Shown here in pieces: positions 10,513 through 18,499 of a stretch of DNA of 64,000 nucleotides; the stretch's first letter is position 1; every line of letters begins with the position of its first letter. Below the pieces are notes generated by a model. It saw only the letters and a list, made by a program, of their open reading frames with translations, was not told the DNA's origin and did not search any database. The stretch is from an uncultured Alphaproteobacteria bacterium (lineage in GTDB: Bacteria > Pseudomonadota > Alphaproteobacteria > Caulobacterales > Hyphomonadaceae). A program made the position numbers and the translations under genes. The DNA lies in NCBI GenBank assembly GCA_963738625.1, contig CAVTXH010000003.1:196110-260109 (forward strand). The letters run 5' to 3'.

Positions 10513-13392
10513 TTACTCCGGCACGACCTTCAGCTTCCACGCCGTCTCGGCTTTCAGCCAGCGCTTCGCTGCCGCCTGGATGTCGGCTGGCGTCAGCGAC
10601 TGATAGTCCGCGAGCTCCGAGCGGAGCGGATCGAGCTTCTTCGGGTCCTTCATCGTCCCCGCGAGGAACGCGATCCAGTAGCCGGCGGCGGCGACCTGCT
10701 CGCGCCTGGCCTGCTCGATGCGCGGTCCGGTGATGCGCGCAACCTCCGACACCGGAATCTGGTTGTTCGCAATATCCGCCGCGATGCCTTCGATCTGCGC
10801 CAGCACGCCGTCGAGCTTGTCGGGCGGCAGCTCCACCTGCATGCCGATATAGCCATACTCCGGCAGCTCGTACGAAAACTCGTCGATCACGATCGGCGAA
10901 TAGGTCGACCCGTTCCCCGTGCGCAGTTGCCGCGTCGCCTCATCGCGCAGCATGTCGGCCAGCACCATGCCCGCCCGCGCCGCCCTGGGATCGGTGTAAA
11001 ATCCCAGATTCGTTGGCCACGCGATGATCGCATAGCCCTGATCGCTGCGCCCCTTGTGCTTCAGCACTACGGGTTTCGCCGTAGGCGCAGGGAACTTCAC
11101 GCTGCGCAAGCCTGCCGGCTCCGCCTTCTCCGCCCGCGCCGGCAGGGCGCCGAACGTCTTGCCCACTTCGAGGATCGCTCGCTCGACATCGACGCCGCCC
11201 ACCATGATCACTTCGATAGGCGACTTTTCGACGATCGGCTTGATGAAGGCGACGGCGTCCGCCGGCTTCCAGCTCTTGCGCATCTCCGTCGTGTTGTAAG
11301 TCCAGCGCAGATCGCCTGCGTGCAGCATGGGCTGCAGGTTGAAGTCCAGCACGCGCGCCGCCGAGAACGGCGCCGCCGCCTCCGCAGCCGCGCTCGAGGC
11401 CATCCACGTATTCCACTCGTCCGTCCGGAACCCCGGATCGCTCACCCGCGCCGCCATCAGCTGCAGCTGCAACGGCAACAGCTCGCCCAGCGTCGCACCG
11501 GACGAGAGCGCGAACGCGTCTTCTTCCGTTGTCGTCGATATACCGACGCGCTTGCCCGCCAGCGTGCGCCCCTGTTCGGTGTTCGTTAGCTGGCCCAGCC
11601 CGCCGCTCGACCACACCAGCTGTCCCATGTCCGACGCGTCGATCCGGTCGCGCGGCATGCCCAAGCGCCCGAGGCCGAGCCTTGCCTGCACGAAGATCTG
11701 GTCGCCCATGATGGGCATGGGTTTGACGGTCAGCCGCACGCCATTTTCGAACTTCACATAGGTCACGCCCAAATCGGCGACCTGCCGTCGCTCGGCAACC
11801 TTTCCCGGCGCGCCGAATGTTTCGTACGGCCATGGCTTCACCGGCGCCGCGGCGTAAGCCGTTACCGACGCGCCCATCGCCCTATCCAGCGCCGCGCGCA
11901 GCGAGGCTTCGCTCACATCCGCCCGCTTCGGCCCGCGATAGACCAGCTTCGGCTTGTCCTTCAGACGGTCGCGGATCGCCGCGTTCACGTCGTCGAGCGT
12001 GATCGTCTTAAGGTCCTCTTCCAGCATGGCGAGGCTGTCCGCGCGCGAGACGAACACCGGATCGCTCGTCAGCCGGTCCGAAATCGCCTCCGCTTCACGC
12101 GATGAATCCGCCGTCCGTCCCATGGCGACGGCGGCGCGCGCCTCGTCCAGCCGAAGCGCCTTCACCCGCTCGAACTCTTCCCGCGTGATCCCGAATTCGA
12201 CCGCCTGCCGCTGCGCGCGCGCCATAAGACCGATCGCCGCGGCCGGATCGCTCACATCGACAGCCCGCGCGAACTGCCCGTTCCAGACGCCGGAAATGCG
12301 CGAGGCTGCGGGCGATCCCGCGTTGCGCGCCGGCCGGCCGGCCGCCTCGTTCAGCCCCCGCATGCGCTGCGCGACTGCACCCTGGCCGAGTTGCTCGACC
12401 AGCACGCGCCGCCGCTCGGCGCGCGTCGGCGGGAGTTCTCGGTAGGGTTCGAACCAGTACAGCTCGATTGAACTGCTCGGCGATGCGTTCGTCATGAAGA
12501 CGGCGACATCCGGCCCGTCGGGCTTGTTCATCACCGGCGCCGGATCGGCGCCAGCCGGACCGCGCCCCGCCCAGTCGGAGAACCGCTGCTGGAGGATCGG
12601 GACGATGTCGCCCGGCCGCAGGTCGCCCACAATCACCAGCGTCGCCCGCTCGGGCCGATAGAAGGCGTCGTAGAATTTACGGATCTGCCGCTGGTCCGCC
12701 GTCTGGATCACATCGCGCTTTCCAACCACTTCGCGCGCGAACGGATGATCGCCCACCTGCAGGCGAAGCGACGCCATGGCCGCTTCGGTCTCCTCGGGCG
12801 AGGCGCGCATGCGCTCCTCCGCCAGCACCACGCCGCGCTCGGCGTCGATCATCCCGGGCGCAAGCTCCAGCTCGCTGGCGATCTCGCGCAGGATGGTGAG
12901 GCCGGTGTCGAGCGATCCCGCATCGTTGCGCGCCATGTCGAGCATGAAAGTGGTGTGGTCCGCGTGCGTCGTGGCGTTGACGTCCGAGCCCATCTGCAGG
13001 CCCAGCGCCTCCAGCCGCCGCTGGATCTCGCCGTCCGGCAACTGCTTCGAGCCGCGGAAAGCCAGATGCTCCAGGAAGTGCGCCAGGCCCTCCTGTCCCG
13101 TGGCCTCGTGCATCGAGCCGACAGAGATCACCATCCGCATCGCCACCTGTCCGGGCGGGTTCTGGTTCGGCAGGATCAGATAGCGCATGCCGTTGGGCAG
13201 CATGCCCAGCGTGTAGTCCCTGTCCGGCGGCAGGTCGCTCCGGCTGTTGGCCCAGCCAGGCGTGCGCGCCGGCGCAGGCGCGGCTGCAGCGACGACGGCA
13301 GGCGCTTCCTGCCCGCGCGCCTCCACAAGGGCGGCCGCATTCGCGAACGCCAGCCCGGTAAAAGCGACAAGGTATCTGGCGAACTGCTTCAT
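10513..13392 (-). CDS. Large secreted M16 family zinc metallopeptidase (two M16 domain pairs)
   Basis: The HxxEH zinc motif is present (GLAHFLEHLAFRGS) along with a signal peptide (MKQFARYLVAFTGLAFANAAA). The protein is 959 aa from Met8 of the listed ORF. Confidence 0.9.
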   Translation of the reverse strand: MKQFARYLVAFTGLAFANAAALVEARGQEAPAVVAAAAPAPARTPGWANSRSDLPPDRDYTLGMLPNGMRYLILPNQNPPGQVAMRMVISVGSMHEATGQEGLAHFLEHLAFRGSKQLPDGEIQRRLEALGLQMGSDVNATTHADHTTFMLDMARNDAGSLDTGLTILREIASELELAPGMIDAERGVVLAEERMRASPEETEAAMASLRLQVGDHPFAREVVGKRDVIQTADQRQIRKFYDAFYRPERATLVIVGDLRPGDIVPILQQRFSDWAGRGPAGADPAPVMNKPDGPDVAVFMTNASPSSSIELYWFEPYRELPPTRAERRRVLVEQLGQGAVAQRMRGLNEAAGRPARNAGSPAASRISGVWNGQFARAVDVSDPAAAIGLMARAQRQAVEFGITREEFERVKALRLDEARAAVAMGRTADSSREAEAISDRLTSDPVFVSRADSLAMLEEDLKTITLDDVNAAIRDRLKDKPKLVYRGPKRADVSEASLRAALDRAMGASVTAYAAAPVKPWPYETFGAPGKVAERRQVADLGVTYVKFENGVRLTVKPMPIMGDQIFVQARLGLGRLGMPRDRIDASDMGQLVWSSGGLGQLTNTEQGRTLAGKRVGISTTTEEDAFALSSGATLGELLPLQLQLMAARVSDPGFRTDEWNTWMASSAAAEAAAPFSAARVLDFNLQPMLHAGDLRWTYNTTEMRKSWKPADAVAFIKPIVEKSPIEVIMVGGVDVERAILEVGKTFGALPARAEKAEPAGLRSVKFPAPTAKPVVLKHKGRSDQGYAIIAWPTNLGFYTDPRAARAGMVLADMLRDEATRQLRTGNGSTYSPIVIDEFSYELPEYGYIGMQVELPPDKLDGVLAQIEGIAADIANNQIPVSEVARITGPRIEQARREQVAAAGYWIAFLAGTMKDPKKLDPLRSELADYQSLTPADIQAAAKRWLKAETAWKLKVVPE

Positions 13393-13470
13393 GTGGGCTC
13401 CCCCCGCAGGCAACCCTATCTTCCGGCGCCATTCAACCGTTCGCGGCGCCTGACAATCCGGGGGCGCCGT

Positions 13471-14712
13471 CTATTCCGCTGCGTTCCGCCGTTCCGACCA
13501 TTCCGGAAGGTCGAATTTGGGATTGGGCCAGCCCGCATCGACATAGGCCGGCGCCGCCTTGCGGCCGATTTCCAGCAGCAGCTTCATATTCTCCGGGTGC
13601 CCGTTGGCGAGCTGGTCGACGCTCTCGATCACCCGCGGATCCAGCTCCCGGTCCAGCAGCTTTTCGATCGAGGACCGCGCCAGCGCCTCGCCGCGCTTCG
13701 GCCTGGGCTTCAGGTCGAGCCGCACGTCGATGCGCTGGAAGTCGATCAGCGGCTCAGGCGTGATCGTTCCGCCGCTCAGGTCGCCGACCTCGCTGTTTAT
13801 CTTCCACGGCCGCTGCGATTCCGAGAGCGCCTGCATCAGCATGATGCCCTGCACCTGCGTGTCGTAGATCATGGCCCGCAGCGCGCCGATGCCGCGAAAG
13901 CCCGGTCCCTGGCTCGAGAACTTCTTGCCCTCGACCTCGGGCCTGCGCATGCCCGTGCCGAACGAGGCCATCATCAGCTTGTCTGCGCCCGGCTTCCACC
14001 CGAACCCGTAAGCAGGCACCATCGCCGTCAGCAGAAGCTGTACGCTCGGATTGTTAAACCCGCCCACAGCGCCGTCGACGAAATAGCCGAACTGCTTTGG
14101 CTTGTCCTTCTTGTCGTAGGCCATCGGGATCTTGATCTCGTCGAAGAAGGTCGGCGCCGCCGCGCTCGCCATCACCACATCGATCAGCCGATAGTCCTTG
14201 TTGGGCACATCGTCCGGCCCGAAATCCGGCGGATCGTAATACGGCGCCTTCGGATTGTTGGTCAGCACCCAGGGCGAGCCCGTGTCGATGCGCTTGGCAT
14301 GCAGCGCCAGTCCCGTCCTGATCTGCGAGGAGCCCAGCGTCTTCTTGTCGAGCACGGGCCACAGCGCTTCCTTCAGCGCCTTGCTGTCGTATTTCGAGCC
14401 CATCAGCATGCCGTCGCTCTTGGCCTTGCCGAACACCTTCGGCCCAAGCTCGCCATACATCTTGATCAGCTCGCCGACAGACTTGCCGACGCCGAGGCCC
14501 GCCGCGATGATCGCCCCAGTCGAGGTGCCCCCGATCAGATCGAAATAGTCGCTCAGCACCAGTTCCGGATCGCCTGACCGCCGGCGCAGCTCCTTCTCGA
14601 GCACTTCCAGCATGCCGAGCGTCAGGATGCCCTTCACCCCGCCGCCATCGAGCGCAAGAATCCGCTTTGGCCCCGTGTCAGGATCGAGGTGGCTCGCGAG
14701 TGTCCGGCTCAT
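13471..14712 (-). CDS. Patatin-like phospholipase
   Basis: Signatures are the oxyanion hole ILALDGGGVKG, the nucleophile elbow GGTSTGA (GxSxG) and the catalytic Asp in YFVDGAVGGFNNP (DGA). I chose the start at Met40 of the listed ORF (ATG 14712), which removes the overlap with the upstream gene. Confidence 0.9.
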   Translation of the reverse strand: MSRTLASHLDPDTGPKRILALDGGGVKGILTLGMLEVLEKELRRRSGDPELVLSDYFDLIGGTSTGAIIAAGLGVGKSVGELIKMYGELGPKVFGKAKSDGMLMGSKYDSKALKEALWPVLDKKTLGSSQIRTGLALHAKRIDTGSPWVLTNNPKAPYYDPPDFGPDDVPNKDYRLIDVVMASAAAPTFFDEIKIPMAYDKKDKPKQFGYFVDGAVGGFNNPSVQLLLTAMVPAYGFGWKPGADKLMMASFGTGMRRPEVEGKKFSSQGPGFRGIGALRAMIYDTQVQGIMLMQALSESQRPWKINSEVGDLSGGTITPEPLIDFQRIDVRLDLKPRPKRGEALARSSIEKLLDRELDPRVIESVDQLANGHPENMKLLLEIGRKAAPAYVDAGWPNPKFDLPEWSERRNAAE

Positions 14713-14780
14713 GATGATCCCCTGCGGCTTTTCCCGCCGGGGCGACTTTGGCCAATCTCGGGCTCGGCGCCAAGCGGCGC

Positions 14781-15188
14781 CTACTCCCCACGCACCAGCT
14801 TCGCCAGCTTCTTCGGGGCAATGGCGCAATAGCTCTGGATCATCCAGGCCTTTAGCGTGTCCATCTCCGCCAGAATGTCATCCTCCGCATCGAAACGCGC
14901 GATGACCCAGTTGTACTGCTTGAACCAGCCTTTGCTTTCGCGGACGAAATAAAGCTGCTGCACCATCTCCGCCGAGATCGGCAGCTTCATGATCATGGTC
15001 AGCTGGTCGGGTCCGTCCTTCTTGTCGCCGAACACGAAGAACATCTTGGTCCGCATGTAGAGCGCCCGCGCCGGGACCCAGGCCGGCCCTGCGGTCGTCT
15101 CCGGGAACGTCAGCCCGAATTTCGTGAGCTCGGCTTCCGCCTGTCTGTGCGGCGTCTGCTTCCTCGCGCCGGTTTTCGCCTTCGCCAT
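14781..15188 (-). CDS. MmcQ/YjbR family protein (predicted DNA-binding)
   Basis: The 135-aa ORF fits the YjbR-like pattern (FPETTAGPAWVPARALYMRTKMFFVFGDKK...MIMKLPISAEMVQQL...WMIQSYCAIAPKK). Confidence 0.7.
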   Translation of the reverse strand: MAKAKTGARKQTPHRQAEAELTKFGLTFPETTAGPAWVPARALYMRTKMFFVFGDKKDGPDQLTMIMKLPISAEMVQQLYFVRESKGWFKQYNWVIARFDAEDDILAEMDTLKAWMIQSYCAIAPKKLAKLVRGE

Positions 15189-15278
15189 GGCGGCACGATA
15201 GCCAGCCCAACGCCCGCCGCAACACGATTGCGTCGGGCTGCCGCCACAACGTTGGCAATAGCCTGGCAGCGGGCAGGA

Positions 15279-17336
15279 TCAGATCTTGAGTCCCGCCCCG
15301 CGCTGGGTCGCAAAGGGAGGCGGCTTGGCCCCCGACTTCACCGCCCGGATCGCATCGACGACTGTCGAGATGTCATCGAGGCCGTCTCCGGTCACCGCGA
15401 GCGCCGAGAAGCCGTCCGCGAACACCTGCGCAAGGCCGCGCGTCAGCTCGATCGGCAGGATGTTGCAGTGGTCTTCGTCGAACAGCGTCTTGCGATACTC
15501 GATTTCGCGCTGCACCCAGCCCTTCTGGCCATCCGGACCGGCCGCGCGGTCGGAAACAAACGGCACCATGACGAGGGACTCCGCCAGGGCGAGCTCGATC
15601 TCCTTCTTGAATTTCCGCATCGCGTCGGGGCGGCTCATATAGACGCGCAAGCCCGTCTGCTCCAGCGCCGTTCGCCACGCGCTGGCAATCTGTTCGTCGC
15701 GGTTGGTGTAGCTGATGAAAGCGTCGAATGTGAACTGTGCGGCAAACTGCTTCTTCAGCTGATCGACAAGCCTGGCGAAAACAGTTGGGCCGAACGCCCG
15801 CAATGACCGTTCGGAAATCCGCACCACATTCACGATCGATCCGCCGGCGTCCGGATCGATATGGAAGGGATGACTGGCGCTGATGAACGTTCCCGGAAGG
15901 TTCACGCAGACGAGCGGGAGATCGGCCGCATCCAGCTTCTTGGGGACGATCTCGTTTTGCGAGGCTTCAACCAGCCCGCCGCCGGCCAGGATGTAGACGC
16001 CCGGCGCGGCAAAGCGATCCTCGGACGCCAGCTTCGCGGCCGCCTGCTCCCAGTTGAGTTTGTACTGCTCGGCGTCGGCGGCCATCGTCTCCCAGGGATC
16101 GCTCAGTCCGGCCAGCGGGGCGTTGGGCCCCTTGGCGAGATAGCTGCAGCTCTGGCACAGGAAACGCAGCGACCGCTCGAGCAGGAAGTCGCTGAAGACA
16201 CGCTGCAGGCGCCCGGCCTGCGAGCCGGTGTCCAGCAGGCCGCGCAGGATCTCGTAGTTGATCGACAGGAACGCCGTCGGCCCGATGGCCTGCAGCGTGG
16301 CCGTGCGCCGCCGGTTCAGCGCCAGGGCAAGCTCGCCGACAATCTGCCCTTCGCCGAATCTGATGCTCGGAAGCGCCATCGCCGCAGGCGCATCCGGCGG
16401 AGGCGCCGCCGCCACGCCGATGCCGCCCTTGAGAACGACGAACATCGCATCGCCGGGATCGTCCTGGGCGCAGATCGTCTCGCCGTCCTCGCGTTCGACG
16501 AGCTGGGCCGCCCGGATCAGTTCCTGCAGCGACTGGCGGTTCAGCGACGACAGAAGCGGATGGGCCTCGAAACCGTCTCCGCCGCGCGAGCGCAGGACGA
16601 GTTGCGAAGGGTTGAGCATTTGCAGCGCGCCAATCGCCTGCGCGTCCGTTGAGTCGACCTGCAGCAGCCGTTTGGCGTGGTAGATCGCAGCCCACAGCCT
16701 GCCGCGCCGCATCGCGTTTTCTATCTGGGCCTTCTCCGGATGAATCTGGCTTGTATCCGGAGGGGCGATCATGCCTTCGATCGACATCGGCATGATGATC
16801 GCGGCCCTGTCATGCTTCAGGTAGACCTGTTGCTCGCGATGAAAGCTCAGCTTCCCGAGCAGGGGATCGCCGTTGTCCCGGACACTCTCGCAGAGATCGC
16901 GGAAGGACGATGTCGCCAGCGCAATGCCTGCCCTGCCGAACTTCAGCAGGCTGCCGCAGACATTGATGCCGTCTCCGACAAGTTCGTGGCGGCCGTCAGC
17001 GCCTCTGATCACCGAGGCTGGACCAAGATGGACGGTCAGCCTCAGGCCGACCGGCTGGTTGTCGGGGCTGCGCTTGGTCTCGCCGGCCCACGAATAGAGC
17101 CGCGCAACCAGCCGAAGGCCAAACTCGCACTTGTCCTCGCCGAATAGCGCAAGGTGCCCCCCATCGCCGCCGGAGGCCCAGACCAGGTCGCGCCCGAAGC
17201 GCTCGCCGCATGCGTCCGCAATGCAGCCATTCAGGCTTTTGATCCGCTCGAGCTGCCGGGAATGATCAGGATCATCGCCGTGGGAGACGATGTCGCAGGA
17301 GACGAATACCGCGTTGCGGGCTGCTTCGAGATCCAT
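15279..17336 (-). CDS. Multidomain signalling/effector protein: class III nucleotidyl cyclase-like domain + cNMP-binding (CAP-type) domain + uncharacterised middle region + C-terminal TIR domain
   Basis: The 685-aa ORF has high GC3. The N-terminus shows AVFVSCDIVSHGD, ASGGDGGHLALFG and LRLTVHLGPASVIRGADGRHELVGDGINVCGS. The middle shows FGEGQIVGELALALNRRRTATLQA. The C-terminus shows FDAFISYTNRDEQIASAW...LVMVPFVS...GWVQREIEY. Confidence 0.85.
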   Translation of the reverse strand: MDLEAARNAVFVSCDIVSHGDDPDHSRQLERIKSLNGCIADACGERFGRDLVWASGGDGGHLALFGEDKCEFGLRLVARLYSWAGETKRSPDNQPVGLRLTVHLGPASVIRGADGRHELVGDGINVCGSLLKFGRAGIALATSSFRDLCESVRDNGDPLLGKLSFHREQQVYLKHDRAAIIMPMSIEGMIAPPDTSQIHPEKAQIENAMRRGRLWAAIYHAKRLLQVDSTDAQAIGALQMLNPSQLVLRSRGGDGFEAHPLLSSLNRQSLQELIRAAQLVEREDGETICAQDDPGDAMFVVLKGGIGVAAAPPPDAPAAMALPSIRFGEGQIVGELALALNRRRTATLQAIGPTAFLSINYEILRGLLDTGSQAGRLQRVFSDFLLERSLRFLCQSCSYLAKGPNAPLAGLSDPWETMAADAEQYKLNWEQAAAKLASEDRFAAPGVYILAGGGLVEASQNEIVPKKLDAADLPLVCVNLPGTFISASHPFHIDPDAGGSIVNVVRISERSLRAFGPTVFARLVDQLKKQFAAQFTFDAFISYTNRDEQIASAWRTALEQTGLRVYMSRPDAMRKFKKEIELALAESLVMVPFVSDRAAGPDGQKGWVQREIEYRKTLFDEDHCNILPIELTRGLAQVFADGFSALAVTGDGLDDISTVVDAIRAVKSGAKPPPFATQRGAGLKI
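15342..15728 (-). other. TIR domain (about residues 537-665)
   Basis: The domain opens with FDAFISY. A W-x-x-x-E motif (W607...E611) sits where TIR NADases carry the catalytic Glu. Confidence 0.7.
16233..16553 (-). other. Cyclic nucleotide-binding domain (about residues 262-368)
   Basis: The phosphate-binding cassette is G-E-L-A (334-337) followed by R-T-A (344-346). Flanking beta-roll-like sequence reads DAMFVVLKGGIGV. Confidence 0.7.
16887..17315 (-). other. Cyclase homology domain (about residues 8-150)
   Basis: The metal-binding Asp candidates are D15 (CDIV) and D58 (GGDGG). The Asn is N125 (GINV). The expected Arg four residues later is Ser (S129). Confidence 0.65.
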
Positions 17337-17491
17337 AGAGCCACCCCGCTCTATCTCAGGCGGGCCTTCGGGAGCCTAACTGCCTCCAGCTGTCAGGCAG
17401 GGTCAACAGCAACCGTGGCGCGTTCTCCGCCCCTATGCCGGTCAATCCTCACCCTGGATCGCTTCGAGGCGCGCGGGGCCGGCAATGCCAG

Positions 17492-18412
17492 CTACTGCTC
17501 CGGCAGCGTCCCGAAGCCGCCAAAGCCGCCTTCGCGCGAGCGCCGCGCCTTCTCGCCGGCAAGACAGTCGCTCTTCTCGGCCGGCAGTTTCAGCTGCACG
17601 CGCATGACGCCCGGCGCCGGCGCCGCCTCCGCGAACTGCACGGGCGCCGTTCCGGGCATCGCGTCGATATCCGTCTCCAGCCCGGCAATCTCCAGCACCA
17701 GCTTCTTGCGGATCGTCGCCGACAGCTGGCTCAGGTTGAACACCGGCGCGATGAACGCCGCCGGGCCGCCGATCACGCAGTGCTTGTAGTAGCGGTCGAG
17801 GTGGTCGATATCGATGCCCCTGCCGCCATAGCCGCCCCCGCCATATCCCCCGCCGCGGCCCTGGTTCAGCAGGATCGGCAGGCCGTTGATGACGATGTTC
17901 TTCTTCAAGACCGCATCGCGCGCCTCCTCCACCGGAGGCCCCGCATTGTTGGCGCCGTCGCCCGACACGTCGATCACCTGCCGGTGCGAGGCGATGTCGT
18001 TCTCCTCGATCAGCCGCGCCGCTTCGTACAGCGCCGTCGAGATCGACGTGCGCCGCTCGCCATTGATCGGCACGGCCGCCATCTCGTCGGCGAAGGCATG
18101 CGCCGCTTTGGCGCTGTCGATGATCGTCCAGCCGATGATCTGCCGCGGCTGGTAATCCCCCGCCCACTCCATGTAGGTCACCGCGATGCGCCCTTCGGGC
18201 CCGCTCATCAGCGCATCGATCACGTCCTTGTGCCGGAACGCCTCGACATAGCCGTTGCGCTGCAGGGCATGTTCGCTCTCGTCCATCGAGCGCGAGACGT
18301 CGACCGCCAGCACCAGTTCGAGATCGGCTTTCCTCATCGCCTGACCGAAAGCGGGCGCCGCGGCGCCGAGCGCCAGCAGCCCCGACATCAGAACGCAAGA
18401 CACTGGCGTCAT
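17492..18412 (-). CDS. DUF1194 (vWA-like) secreted protein with a Gly/Tyr-rich insertion
   Basis: The protein has a signal peptide (MTPVSCVLMSGLLALGAAAPAFGQA) and a vWA-like core (LVLAVDVSRSMD...IDVSGDGANN...INGLPIL). The insert GRGGGYGGGGYGGRG is encoded at 17816..17860. Confidence 0.8.
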   Translation of the reverse strand: MTPVSCVLMSGLLALGAAAPAFGQAMRKADLELVLAVDVSRSMDESEHALQRNGYVEAFRHKDVIDALMSGPEGRIAVTYMEWAGDYQPRQIIGWTIIDSAKAAHAFADEMAAVPINGERRTSISTALYEAARLIEENDIASHRQVIDVSGDGANNAGPPVEEARDAVLKKNIVINGLPILLNQGRGGGYGGGGYGGRGIDIDHLDRYYKHCVIGGPAAFIAPVFNLSQLSATIRKKLVLEIAGLETDIDAMPGTAPVQFAEAAPAPGVMRVQLKLPAEKSDCLAGEKARRSREGGFGGFGTLPEQ

Positions 18413-18499
18413 GGCCGGCTCCCGCAGCAAGGCGTCACCGTGCGCGCTAAGCGCTTTGCCAGCAAGCCCCGCCGCTAATCACGAAGCCATGAGCCGCCG

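Noticed and set aside
12745-14577. 610-aa plus-strand ORF
   Set aside because: It spans the antisense of both the M16 peptidase and the patatin gene. It is Arg/His/Leu-rich and has no motifs.
14713-14829. N-terminal extension of the patatin ORF
   Set aside because: It would overlap the 3' end of the YjbR-like gene. The sequence (MRHCPEEAGEAGAWGVG...) is not patatin-like, and ATG 14712 directly precedes the conserved GGGxxG region at a normal distance.
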